Below, one piece after another: positions 50,206 through 63,079 of a DNA stretch of 64,000 bases (position 1 is its first letter; each line of letters begins with the position of its first letter). The translations under genes were made by a program, and so were the position numbers. The notes under the pieces were generated by a model. It saw only the letters and a program-made list of their open reading frames with translations, did no database searches and was not told the origin of the DNA. Origin of the DNA: Lama guanicoe (lineage: Eukaryota); NCBI GenBank assembly GCA_013239625.1, contig MU054338.1:3185371-3249370 (forward strand), read 5' to 3'.

Positions 50206-50223
50206 CTGCCGCCATCTGGTGTC
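50206..50223 (-). promoter_or_regulatory. CTCF-like motif in UHRF1 intron
   Basis: Minus strand GACACCAGATGGCGGCAG. Confidence 0.4.
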
Positions 50224-53200
50224 TAGGTTGAAAAATAAACGCTCACCGCCTGGCCAGGATTTTTGGGGGCTGGGAGGATCCTGTGATGCCTACTGGAAAT
50301 GAAACGTGATGATTAATTTCTTGGGCTCGTGGGGCCCTCGGAGACCTTTCGCTTGCTTCCTGCTAGAGATACGATGACTTGAATGTCTTAACAACATAAG
50401 TTAGCGAGCCCTGCCCGGGGAGGGGAGGCCGATCCGCGAACTCTGCAAGGCTCATGCGTGTGAAGAGGTAGGGCCTGGAGTCGAGCGTCCTTAGGGTGCT
50501 GGTTTTCTCCCCGTCCTCCGACAGGGGCTCATTTTGGTGGCATCGAAACTGACTTTGATTCGCCCCTCAGGCTTTGTGTTGAGCAGAAGTTCTTTCCACA
50601 GAGTTTCCAAGAATCTCCCTTGTGCACTTGCTAAGCCATTCATGGCATTATTCAAAGGCAGATTGGATTGAGTCCTTTTAAGTTCGAGGGAGGGAATATT
50701 TTTGAGTGCCAGGCACCAGGCATTTTAATTTTTACCTTAAAAACCATACAGGAAAGTTGAAGGAGCCCTGAGCACCTAAACACCTACCCTTGGCTTTTAG
50801 CACAGGCGTTTTACATCTGTGCTTTAGCACGCAGCTGTGGCTCTGCCTGTCACTTCCGGAAGCCCGTTTATTTTGGGGGGTGCATTTCAGAGTAAGTTGC
50901 AGGCACTGATTCACGTCACCCCTAAACCCTTCAGCATGCCTGTCCTTAACTACGGTGTTGTATTTGTTTGTGGTTCTTGCTTTTTTAGATAAAATTTGTA
51001 CAGTGAGATACATGTCCTGAGTGGACATTTGGGGTTTTGACAAATGTCTCCACACGTAACCAAACCCTTATCTCCCTCCATCGGTAAGGTCATACGTAAT
51101 CCATACAGACGTCTTCGAAACTTCTGGTAGTAACAGCAGCCCCCCCAGTGCGGGAGACACGGCCTCATGCCTTTAACAGTCAGCATGTCAGCGATGGTGA
51201 CAGCTCGTAAGTCTGCCTTCTTGAGTGCAGCTTTTGAAGTTCTCAGAAGGTTCCGTGTTCCCACACAACCTCTAACTGCTGCTCCTTCCCTTCCCCGTGC
51301 TCACTCCCCACCCCGCCACTGGAGCTGTTTCTGTCTCCCTTGTCTTCCGGGTTAGGAAGCCAGGCCTCAGCGTGATGCAATTTCCCCAAGGTTGCACGAC
51401 CAGGAAGTGGCCCAGCCTTGGGGAGGTGCGGACAGTGCCAGGAGGCGGGGGACAAAGGCACCCACCGCAGCACCTCGAAGCAAGTCAAGTCTGCCAGCAG
51501 ACCGGGCTCATCGCGATAGAAAGTGCCATTTCCAGCGGGGCGCAGGAGAGCTGTTGTTTTTACGGAATGTTCTAGAGTATTGGCAATCCTTTTTTTTTTC
51601 TTTTTAAAGAAACGTGGCATTGCAGTCCAAGGTCTGCGGTGAGGTCGCCTGAGCCGATAAAGCAGAACAGAGTTGAGACTTTCTTCAGGATATGGGAGGG
51701 CTCCTCCGCCAGCTCGTTGATGCTGAATAGGTTGGCGGTTATGTCGCTCGATTGACGGAAATGCAGAGAGCCGGATGGGGGAAGGGACTCTGGGCGGCAG
51801 GCCCAGCCTGGGCGAGGGTGGGAGGCATCTGGCGTCTTTTTTTTTTTTTTTTTGGAAAAAATAACAGTAGCTGTCATTTGTGGTGCCTTTAATGCGCTCA
51901 GGTAGACAGCTTGGATTTTACAAAATCTTGCCAGGTGTCTGGCCAGGGGCAGTCTTGGTCTCTCTGCTTTCCCATCAGATGGGGCTAATCGTGGACCCAA
52001 TATGTGCCCATGATGAGAATTCAGTGAGGTCATGGATGCAGTGGGGGGTGAGCCCCGATCTGACTCACGGTATGTCATTCAGTGCAGGGCCTCCCCCAGC
52101 ACAGCTGACATCCGGGCCAGATCATCCTCTGGGGCTGTCCTGGGCGCGGGAGGATGGCGTTGTGGGATGGGGAGCAGTGTCCCTAGCCCCTCCCACTTAA
52201 TGCCAGGAGCCTCCCCTTCCCCTAGCTGTAACAACCACAAAGACATGGCCAAGTGCTCCCACTTGAGAACTAATTACTTAGTAGATAATTTATTTTAGGA
52301 AAACAGCAGGAGGCTGTGTTAAGGTCTGAAAGGCGAGTTGGAATGGCCTTTTGAGGGTCATGTCATAGCACCCCACCAGATGTCCCTGCTTGGTTGGCCT
52401 TTCCTGAGTGCTTGCCCCTGTTTTCCCAAAGGGTCAGGCAGCAAACAGCCCCCTCATCGAGACCAGTCTTTCAGGCTGTGTGAGGGGGGAGGTCCCCCCC
52501 TCCCCCGCCTCCACCGAGCTCCCAGCTGGAGGCACACCCTCTAGGTCAGGGATTAGCAAACCCTTTCTGTTAAGGACCCGGGGTCACCGTTGCCAGCCTT
52601 GCAGTCTGTCCTGCGCGGTAAGGTAACATCTAATCCATACAAGAGTCTTTGAAAGTCTGCCCCCGAAAGCTCCGGACAGAACAGAGCGCAGACGAGTGGG
52701 CGTGGTCCGATTCAAGCCCCAGTAAAACTGTATTTATAAGACGAGCGGCCAGAACTGTCCTGCAGGCTGGAGTGTGGCACTTACATCCGAGCTTCCTCCC
52801 AGGGTGGTGTGTCCAGGTTGTACTGTCAGAGTGGGCTGCCCTGGGATATGTTGGACTGCGTCCCCAGGGCACAGGTGCTCACGTTGTTGGGTCTCAGGAC
52901 CCCTTTCTACCCTCCAAAGTGATAGGGGATCCCAAAGCCTCTGGGAATGGGGATCACATCTGTCATTTTTTGTCATATCAGAAATTGGAAGCTAGGAAGA
53001 GTTAACAGTCTGAGGAAGCACGCTGGTTCCCTTGCAGCTTGTGAGCGCTGCGCTCCTGTGGGACCACGAAGCTGAAAGCGGCCAGTGACGTACATCATGA
53101 CGTCCCCGCACCACAGCCTGGGGCTCCCAGGCCCCCAAAATGCTGCTCCAGGGCTTATTCTCTGCTGTGGCCCAGCGGGGTCAAAGAGCAGAGTTCACTT

Positions 53201-54035
53201 GTCAGGACCGATCAGTCCTTTGTCCTTGACCAGCTGGGGGGTAAAGAGAGGGGCCGAGCTTGTCCTTGAGGTGCTGTGCGCTCCACCTGCCCTGCCCCCA
53301 GCAGGACGTGTGTCCCTCCCCCATGGCCAAGATCCTGCGTCACGCCTTTTTTCTCCTGTCTGTCCATCGATCTGGCCTGCACCCCAGGTTTCTGTGGAGG
53401 CCTGGAGGCCTAGACGGGAAGGTGGGGGCTGGGGCTGCACCCTCAGGAAAGGAGGTAGCTCAGCGTCTCACTTCCTTTCTCTCCAAGCCCGGCTCTCGGG
53501 CCCTCCTCGACACCGCCTGCCCGTCCCCAGTGGGGGTGGAGGTCCTGCTATCTGATTTATGGCCCCTCCAAGCCGGAGAACCACCCCTTGCCGGCCCCAG
53601 CGGCGCTTATTTCCTGTGCTCCTGGCTCTGGGCAGCACTCTGAGAGCATCCCTGTCCCTGATGGTGTCCTGAGCGGGCAGAAGGCGGGCAGGAACTGTGG
53701 GCGGAGGAGCTCCGATTCCAGGCTTCCCGGAGCAACGAGCGGCTTTGTTGTTCTGTGGTCTGTGTTTCACTTCATGCGTGCGCGGGGCCCAGAGTCCCGA
53801 ACGTCCAGGAAGCACACCCGGATCAAAAGGCAGATGTGGTCTGAGTGCCGTGGGCAGTTTTTCCTTTATACTGGAGTCACTGGGCCCCAGCCACGTGTCT
53901 GTTTTACTACAGGCAATGGGAGGAGTTTTCACCGGGAATTTTGGTTACATGGGATTTTTGCTGCAAGTTTAATTTTAACATACGAACTGCCAACCTGAGG
54001 CATAGCTCGCCTGTTGTTCAGTTTGTATAGCTTTT

Positions 54036-54125
54036 TTTTTTTTTACTAGAGGTACTGGGGATTGAACCCAGGACCTTGAGCGTGCTAAACATGTGCTCTA
54101 CCACTGAGTTACATCTCCACCCCAC
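54036..54125 (-). mobile_element. Short tRNA-derived SINE with perfect target-site duplication
   Basis: Flanked by CAGTTTGTATAGCTTTT at 54019-54035 and 54126-54142. Confidence 0.88.
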
Positions 54126-57100
54126 CAGTTTGTATAGCTTTTATTAATGCCACTAAGCCTCAGTTGGAATTTTAGGAGGAAAGGGCCCAGAATCAGCATG
54201 TCCCGTCCTTTCACCTGGGCCCTGTCCTCTACCCGCCCCCCCCGCCCCGCTTCCTGACCATGTAAGCACAGCTCTGGGCGAGCAGGGCTGGGGATAGCGC
54301 GCGGTTGTGCAAGCTTCTTCCTGCCAGCCGCGAGGCCCCTCTGAAACGTTCCTGAAGTGGCCTTAGGAAGCAGCCAGACCAACCTGTGCATTCTGTCCTG
54401 GAGATGCAGCCCAGGGCCAGCCTGGCCCAGCCCAAGCCCCCTTCCCTGCCTGGTGCACCCCGCTTGCATTCCATCTGTGTCTTTGCACCTGGAGGGGAGC
54501 CTGTCAGCCTGGCTTCCTGACCCAGCACAGACTGTGAGAGGACCGTTCAGGCCCAGCATCGTGGGTGGAAAATACCAGAAGGGCGGAGCGGGGTGGGTGT
54601 GCAGCTGCTGCCTTCAGTGCTGGCCTGTCCTGACCCTTTCTTTCTCGCACCTGCACACCCCCAGCTGCCATTCTGGTGCCTCCTCCCTTAGCTCTGCTGC
54701 CCTGTCTCCCATCTCCCTCTGTCCCGGTGCTCTTTGTAAAGCAGAAGTCCGACCGCTTGCTCCCTCCTGACTGCGGCTCTCTCCCACTGCCTGTCCTCGC
54801 TCCAGTGGCTTGGTTTATTCCCACCTGAAGTCACCCTCACTTCCCTTGACATGTGTGGGAGACACATCTACTTGCCTGCGTTTAGCTGTCACGTGCAGCT
54901 GTGCAGTGTGCCTTTGTAGGAACAGGCCACAGGTTCTGCTTGCAGATAACACAGCTGGGAGCCCACTGTGAGCGCCCGTGTAGCTGTCCCTCAGGTACAC
55001 GGAAGGTCCCCGGCTTAGTGGTTCTCACTGGGGGCGGTTCAGCCCCCCTGGGGACACCGAGGATACCTGCGGTTGTCATGACCCGGGATTGGGGGTGCTC
55101 CTGGCATCGAGTGAGTAGGGCCAGGGAGGCTGCTCCACACCCTGCTGGCTGTGGAGGTGCTGGGCACCAGGTGCCAGGGTCTTGGTCATCCTTTTTAATA
55201 ACACTCGGCCTGCTCTCTGCTGGTTTCCTCGTCATAGGGATGCTGGGGACACTTTCCTTTCTCCTTTTTTTTTTTTTTGTAAGTTCCCGCACGCCCCCTG
55301 CCCCCAGCCCCAGCCCCGCTGTTCACACCCGTCCCCACCAGGTAGTGCACTTGGTGCAACTTAGAAACTTGCCTTGACATGCTGTCGTCACCCAGAACCC
55401 GTGGGGTGCACCTGGGCTCGCTCTTGGTGGTGTACGTCCTGTGGGACTAGACGGACGTCTGACGACGCGTCTCCACCATTACAGCGTCACACAGAATTGT
55501 GTCACTGCCCTAAAGTCCTCGGTGCTCTGCCTGCTCATCCCGCCCTGCCTCTCTCCGCTTCCTGGCAGCCACTGGTCTGTTTACTGTCTCCGTAGTTTTG
55601 TCTTTTCCAGAACATCCTATAGTCAGAATCATACAGTGTGTAGCCTTTTTGTATCGGCTTTTTTAAAAAAAAAATCAGTATTGAGATAGAATGCACATAC
55701 CACACAATTTACCCATTTAAAGTGTGCAGTTCACTGGTTTTCGGTATTTTCTTGGAGATGTGCAACTGTCACCACCGTCAATTTGGGGACATTTTCATCA
55801 CCTCCCAAGGAAACCCCACACCTTTTGTCTATCACTCCCCTACTCCCCTCCTCCATCACAGGTGCACTTCCTGTCTCTGTGGATGTGACTCCTCTAGGGA
55901 CCATCTGTGAGTGGAATCAGACAATATTTGTCCTTTTGTATCTGGTTCTCTCACTGAGCATCATGTCCTCAAGGTCCACCCATGTGCGAGCGAGTGTCAG
56001 TGCTTCTCTCCTTTTTGGGGATGAGTAACATCCCAGTGTGAGGAGGACCACGTGGGGCCGATCCACTCATCCATCAGTGGTCCCTGGGTTGTCTGCCCTT
56101 GGGCTGCTGGGCCTCATGCAGCTGTGACCACGGGTGTCACATCCCCCTGCTGTCATGCCTGTCCTGGGTCTGCCCCATGTTGGAGGGCTGGTGCTGCCTC
56201 ACTCCCTGGGCCCCTGTGGCACCTGGGCAGTGCTGGGCACATCGGAGGCTCGCTGTCCAGGGTGGATTTCGGAGGGGCCCTGCAGTTGCAAGCAAGTGTT
56301 GATGTGTTCAGATGTGCGTTTCAGGGGAGTGGGGTCCCCAGCCATCAGATGCCCAGGTTTGTGATGAATAAAGATGAACAAAACCCACTGCACTGAAAGG
56401 ACCTCATCTGGAACTTCCCTCACTGAGACCCCTGGTGCTGTTTGCATGTTAATGGTAATCAGACCTTTGAACCGCCAGCTTTTGGTTAAAAGTTGGGACT
56501 GGAGGGAAAGTTGATCTTTTGTGTATCCTTTTGTTTAGGAGCTGCTTCTGAATCAGATCGTTCTGCCCCGGGGACACTGGGCGAGGTCTGAGGATAGGGT
56601 TTGTTGTTACCACTAGGGGTGTTCCCAGCATGTGGAGGGTGGGGGCAGGGATGCTGCTCACCCCATGCCTGCAGTGTTTACGATCCCCCCCGCCCCAGTG
56701 ACGAGTGATCCCCAGACATCCCAGTGCAGGGCAGAGCCTGCCTTAGGGGCATTTGGATGGTGCAGAATTCCAGGAGGGTCCTAGTTGGATGTTGGCAGAG
56801 TGCCCTGGGGCAGTTTCTAATAAAAGGTAACTTCCCAGTGCCTTTTGTGCCAAAGGGAATGTGGCTTAGAAGACAGACTCCTTCACAAGTCAGATGAGTC
56901 AGCCTGGGCACAGATTGTAGAGCCCTGCCAGCTCCCGGGTCCTTGCCTGGGTGGAATTAGGATAAAGAAGTTAATGGAGAGGGGTGGAGTTCTGGATCGG
57001 AGGAGCCTCCAAAGGATGAGGTGTGAGCTGGAGCCTTACAAGGAACCCGAGGCAGGTGAGGGTGCACGCGTCCTTCCGTTCATGCGGGCCAGGGATTCTC

Positions 57101-57420
57101 CTGGCACTTTGGACATCGGGCTGGGTCATTCTCTGTGGGGGCCATCCCTAGCACCCTTACCCTGTCTTGACAAAAAAAAAAAAAGTGTCAAAATACATGA
57201 AGTATTAAAATTTCCCCGGATGTGGTGTGTGACAGCAGGAGTCCTCACTGAGAAGGCCTCGGGACCCTGAGGAAGGGGTGACTGGGCACCCCCAGGAGTG
57301 GGCGGGTCTGTTCCAGGCCAGCCTCCACGAGGGCAGATTCGCTCCTTTGCCCCCGGCCTGTGCCCTGCACTTGGCAGGTGTGTGCCCTGTGTCTGGTGAC
57401 CTTGTCCCGTGTCCCTACAG

Positions 57421-57696
57421 ATGGAGGACGGCCACACTCTGTTTGACTATGACGTTCGCATCAATGACACCATCCAGCTCCTGGTCCGGCAGAGCCTGGT
57501 GCTGCCCCCCGGCAGCTGCAGCAGCAGCAGCAGCAGCAGCAAGGAGCGGGACTCGGAGCTCTCGGACACGGACTCCGGCTGCTGCCTGGGCCAGGGCGAG
57601 TCCGACAAGTCCTCCAACAGCGGCGAGGCCGCCAACGAGGCAGAAGGGAAGGCGGATGAAGACGTGTGGGACGAGACGGAGCTGGGCCTGTACAAG
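57421..57696 (+). CDS. UHRF1: UHRF1 second coding exon ([24 protein letters not shown]...DSG degron...ETELGLYK)
   Basis: 276 nt, ctacag acceptor, AAG|GTGGGG donor; UBL C-part and linker. Confidence 0.96.
57520..57540 (+). repeat. Coding (AGC)7 repeat, poly-serine in UHRF1
   Basis: Direct read, in frame. Confidence 0.95.
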
Positions 57697-58247
57697 GTGG
57701 GGCTCTGCCGGCCACTGTCCGCGCCCGCCGGCCCTGTGGCTGGGCACCCCCCGCCCCGCTGTGACTATCTCCGAGGGGTTCCTTGGCTGTAGCATAAGCA
57801 CTCAGCGATTCTGTCCTGACCCCTCTGAAGCAGGATCCTGTGTCTGGGCCTGCAGGCATCTTCACAGGGGTGATCAGAGTTCTGATCTGCTGCCAGCCTC
57901 CCTCTAAGATCATGAAATGTCCCAGAAAGATCTGGATTCCCCTCTCTGGAAAAATGGGCAGTTCTGGCCTCCCTGGGCCACGTGACAGGGGAGGTTCTGC
58001 CCCCAGGGAACACTGGGTGGTGTCTGGGGACATCTAGTTCTCATGACTTGGCGGGGGGGCGCCTGACATCGAGGGGATGGGGACCAGGGATGCTGCTCAA
58101 ACCCCACAGTGCCCTGGATGGCCCCGGTGTCCTCAGTGCCGCGGCAGAAGCATCCCAGCCCCGAAGCATCCGGGCCCAGGAGCCAAGGCGGTCTCTCGGC
58201 GGTCCTGCTCCTTCCCTGGGCCAAGTGAGAGCTTGCTTTCCCTGCAG

Positions 58248-58408
58248 GTCGGCGAGTATGTGGATGCGCGGGACACAAACTCAGGCGCGTGGTTCGAGGC
58301 CCAGGTGGTCAGGGTGACGAGGAAGGTGCCGTCCGAGGACGAACCCTGCAGCTCCACCTCCAGCTTGCTGCCCAAGGACGACGTTGTCTATCACGTGAAA
58401 TATGACGA
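58248..58408 (+). CDS. UHRF1: UHRF1 third coding exon, tandem Tudor domain ([19 protein letters not shown]...YHVKYD)
   Basis: 161 nt, ctgcag acceptor, GA|GTGAGT donor. Confidence 0.96.
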
Positions 58409-58709
58409 GTGAGTCTCACTGGGGTGGGCGGGCCTAGGGACTGGTCTCTGTAGACGTAGGGACTGGAGTTTGGAACTGCCTTGGGGGTGATGACCAGGAT
58501 TCGAGGTCCCACCCTCCTGGTCCCAACCCACATGGAGGCCAGTCCCCTGGGGGCCTCCTGGGAGAACTCTGCCCTGGTCATCCAGTCGGGATTGCAGGCC
58601 CCCCACTTCTTGTCCCATCTTAATCACAGCACCGTGTGAAAGCATCTCGTGTGCCCTCTCTCCCTCCCTGGATACACTGACTGCCAGGAGTTCCTGTCTG
58701 AACACGGAG

Positions 58710-59096
58710 GGTGTCTCAGCAGGACCCACAACAACATACCACGGGCTGGGTGGCTTCAGCATTAGACATTTATTTTCTCACAATTCTGGAGGCTAGAAGT
58801 CCAAGATCAAGGTGCCAGCAGGGTTAGCTTCTGGTGAGGTCTCTTCCTGGCTTGTCAACGGCCGTCTTCTCACCCTGTCCTTACGTAGCCTTTCCTCTGT
58901 GCACAGAGAGAGGGAGAGAGAGCGCTCTGGTGTCTCTTCCTCCTCTGATAAGGACACCGACCCCATCAGAGTAGGGCCTGCCTTTATGACCTCATTTAAT
59001 CTTAATTACCCCCTAAAGGCCCCATCTCCAAGTAGTCACATTGGGTGTTGAGGCTTCAGTCTTTGAATTTAGGGGGATACAGTTCAGTCCATAACA
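58710..59096 (-). mobile_element. MLT1 (MaLR) solo LTR
   Basis: tttattttctcacaattctggaggctagaagtccaagatcaaggtg...ttcagtccataaca. Confidence 0.8.
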
Positions 59097-59802
59097 GGGC
59101 TAGCACACCTGCCCACAGGGAGCTCAGTTCCCTGGAGCACTGGGGCTTCATCTGGTTCTCTGCTGGGTCCCTACTGCCTCCACCAGCTTCTGGCACATCC
59201 TGAACTTAGCTCTGTAAAAGTCACTGGAGTCGTCGGATGAGTGAATCACAGTAGGTGCCAGATTCCCATTCTCCTGGGTCAAGGGTTGCAGACTCTGGCC
59301 CTCTGGCCATATCTAGCCCCAGCCTGTTTTTGTAAATAAAGCTTTATTTACACACAACACATCAACACCCATTCTCCTACATCTGTCTGACTGCTGTCTG
59401 TGGTAGTAGCAGAGTTTAAGGACTCAAAACAGACCTTCCAGCTCACAAAGCTGACAATAAGAAAAATATCGACTATCCGATCCTTTACAGGGAAAGTTTG
59501 GCAACCCTTGTTCTTGGTGGTTTATTAGCAAAAATAATGAGCCCTGGGGGATACAGCTGGTCACGTTAGACTTGGGGTTGGCCCCTCACGGTGGAGCCTT
59601 AGCTTTGTTCCTGATAGAGTGTTTCCTTTAGCCCAGTTATTTTATGCTTTTTTTGAGGCTGCTTATCCAGAATGTTGAGTTTCTACTGTACCCTAGCCGC
59701 CGGTGGGTGTATTTACATGAATGGGATGCTGTATATCCCTCTACCCAAGTCACTTGTAACACGTGTGTGTGGAAAGAGTGAAGTTTTTCCCTCCCCAAGG
59801 TT

Positions 59803-60240
59803 CTGTCTCAGTCACCTAGGGCTGCTGTAACAAAACCCCATAGACTGGGTTCCTCGAGCAGTTTATTCTCACGGTTCTGGAGGCCAGATGTCCAAAACGA
59901 AGGTGGTGGCAGGGCTGTGACCTTTCTGAAACCTGGAGGGGAGAGTCCCCCTGTCTCCTCCAGCTTGCGCTGGGGCTGGACTGGGGCCGGCAGTCCTTGG
60001 CTTGTGGCCACAGCACTCCAGCCTCTGCCTCTGCCCTGTCATTCTCCTCCATCTGCATCTCATCCCCTCCTCTTATAAGGACACCAGTCACTGGATTTAG
60101 GGCCTCCCCACTCTAGTTTGACCTCATGGTAACTCACTGCATCTGGAAGAACCCTGTTTCCAAATAAGCTCCCACCTCCAGGTACCAGGGCTTAGGACTC
60201 CGCCATATCTTTTTTAGAGGATACACTTCAACCCATAGCA
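59803..60240 (-). mobile_element. MLT1 (MaLR) solo LTR
   Basis: gggctgctgtaacaaaacccca...cttataaggacaccagtcactggatttaggg...caacccatagca. Confidence 0.8.
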
Positions 60241-60405
60241 CCTTCTGTAATTGGAACATGTCTCTATACCTGTGTTTTCGACACCAGCACATGAGATCAC
60301 TGGGGAGGGCTGCTGTGATGGGGCCCTCCCTGCCCAGCTTTTATCCCTGGCTGAGGGCAGGAGGCCAGCCAGCACCCGGATCTGAGCGCAGGGCTTTCCC
60401 TCCAG

Positions 60406-60621
60406 CTACCCGGAGGACGGCGTGGTCCAGATGAGCTCGCGGGACGTCCGGGCTCGCGCCCGACACATCCTCAAGTGGCAGGAGCTGGAGGTGGGCCAGG
60501 TGGTGATGCTCAACTACAACCCCGACAACCCCAAGGACCGCGGCTTCTGGTACGACGCGGAGATCCTGCGCAAGCGCGAGACGCGGATGGTGCGGGAGCT
60601 GCACGCCAACGTCAGGATGGG
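60406..60621 (+). CDS. UHRF1: UHRF1 fourth coding exon, tandem Tudor domain (YPEDGVVQM...[15 protein letters not shown]...NVRMG); gene continues beyond window
   Basis: 216 nt, tccag acceptor, GG|GTGAGC donor, phase consistent. Confidence 0.96.
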
Positions 60622-62767
60622 GTGAGCCGGCCTCGCGCGCTCCCCACGCCCTGCTGGGCGCCGCTCGGCGCTCCCCCGTCCCCGGGCGGAGATCCCAGGC
60701 CGCCTCGTTCTCTTTTCTTTGTTTCGAATTTGGCCAGCAGGTGAGAAGTCCAGACGCGGCAAAATCTAGGAAGTACCAGAGGCCACACAGTTAATATTCT
60801 CCCTTCTCCTCCGGCCCCCCGGTCCTCCTTCCCGGGGAAGTCGCTGCTCCCCGGCCTGCACGCGCCCCACGTGGCGGTGCGCTCCGCATCGGTGAAGGCG
60901 GGCGGCGGCGGCCCCGCCTGTTTGATGGGTAAAGTTTTATTGGCGCAGAGCCACGCCCATCTCTTTACTGATTCTCAGGGGTGGCGTCGTGTTAGGAGGG
61001 CACCAGAGGCGAGCTGGGGGGCTGGGAGAAGGACCGTGTGGCCCGGAAACTGGAAATATTTACTGTCTGGCCCCTTGGAGAAGATGTTTGCCAAGCCCTG
61101 TTCTACCTTGTGTCTGCGTATGTGCTTGTAGGTAGAAAACTTACCATCTTAATCTTTTCTAAGTGCACAGCTCAGTGGCATTAAGCACATTCACATTGTT
61201 GTGCCACCCTCCCCACCATCATCTCCAGAACTTTCTCATCTTCCCAAACTGCAACTCTTTCCCCATGAAACACTCACTCCCCAGCCCCTCCCCCATCGTC
61301 TACTTCCTGTGTCTATGGATTTGAAAACCCTAGGGACCTCCTGAGTGGGGTCACGGGAGATTTGTCCTTTTGTGTCTGGCTTCTTTCACTCAGCGTCATG
61401 TCCTCAAGGTCCATCCATGTTGCAGGACGAACCTTTTTTTGTGGCTGAGTGATACTCATGTGTGTATTGTGTATGGAAACGGGTATCTGGCAAGAGCAGA
61501 GGCCCTGGGGCAGGACCATTCTTGGCGCATTTGTGGCCTAGGGAGGAGGCCAGTGGGGGAGGAGGCTCAAGACTGGAAGCCTCCCCCTGGCTGGGCGTTC
61601 AGGGCGGAAGGGGTGCGTATTCTCTGTGGCTGGCAGCCACCAGAGCCTGTGGGCATGGGAGCCCTTCACCTATGATTTGGAATCATCACCCTGGCAGCCG
61701 AGCAGGGAATTGACTGCAGGGGGCAGTGTGGCAGCAGGGAGACAGGAGGAGGGTGATGTGGGCATTGAGGGGTGAGATCCGGGGCCTCGGGCCAAGGTGC
61801 TGTGATGTTATTGTTGAAAAATAATCTGCTTTTTTCCCCTTGCTTTTCTATATTGCTTTCTTGTTTTCTGTGTCATTGGCTTCTGCTCTCATCTTTACAG
61901 TTTCCGCCCTTTTCATTTCCTTGGGTTGATTTTGCTCTTTTCCTAGTTTTTTTGAGGTAGCAACTTAGACTCTTGATCTGAGACCTTTCTTCTTTTTTAA
62001 CAGGAGCATCTAGTGCTGTAAATTTCCCTCTCAGCACTACCTTCACTGCTTTCCACATATTTTGCTGTGTTATATTTTTCTCTTTATTCAGTTCTCTCAA
62101 TTTTTAAAAATTTTTTTGAGGGTTTGTCTTTGGCTCTTGGCTTCCTGAGAAAGGCGTTTAACTCCCAAGTGTTTCCTGAGGTTTGCATTGTCTTTCTGCT
62201 GTTGATTTCCAGTTTGACTTCGTTGTGGTCAAAGAACATACTCTGTATGATTACAGTCCTTGTCAAGGTTTGTTTTATTGGCCCTGAATGGGGTCTGTCT
62301 TGGTGAATATTTCACAGTTGCTTGGAAAAAAAGAAAAGCATTCTATTGTTGAGTGGATTGTTCTGTTTATATCACTTAGACCGAGTTGGCTGGTTGTGTT
62401 GTTCACATCTTCTAACTGGTGCTGATGTTCTGTCTAGTACTTCTGTCAGTTGCTGAGGGGGTGTTGCAGTACCCAGCTGTAACTGTGGGTTTGTCTGTTT
62501 CTCCTTTCAGCCTCCTAATTGTGAGGGTCTGTTGTTTGGTGCTTACACACTTAGGATGGTTGTCTCCTGGTCCTAACATAATGTCCCTCTTCGTCTCCAG
62601 TAAATTTCTTTCTTTTTTTTTTTCTCCAGTAAATTTCTTTGTTGTGAAGTCTACTTTGTCTGAGACGCATGTGTGTGTATTGACATACCTGCTTTTACCT
62701 GCTTTTTAAAATTTTTTTAAGACCTGTTTTATCACCTAGATTCTATTTTTATTTCCTGGGAATCATT

Positions 62768-62905
62768 TGTTTTTTGAGGGGAGGTAATTAGGTTTATTTA
62801 TTTATTTATTTATTTTGATGGAGGGCCTGGGAATTGAACCCAGGACCTGGTGCATGCTAGGCATGTACCCTACTACAGAGCTGTACCCGAGCTGTACCCT
62901 CCCCA
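62768..62905 (-). mobile_element. Short tRNA-derived SINE nested in L1
   Basis: Same family consensus as 17400-17535. Confidence 0.8.
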
Positions 62906-63079
62906 TTGCCTTTTTTTTTTTTTGAAAAAAGTAAATGTTTACACAGTGTATATCTTTTTTTATCCGTTTACTTTGAATCTCTGTGGTTGAATTTGGAATT
63001 CTTGTAAACAGGATATCAATGAATCATTTTTAAAAAATCCACTCTGCCAGTCTGCCTTTTAACTGGCATACATTATTGC

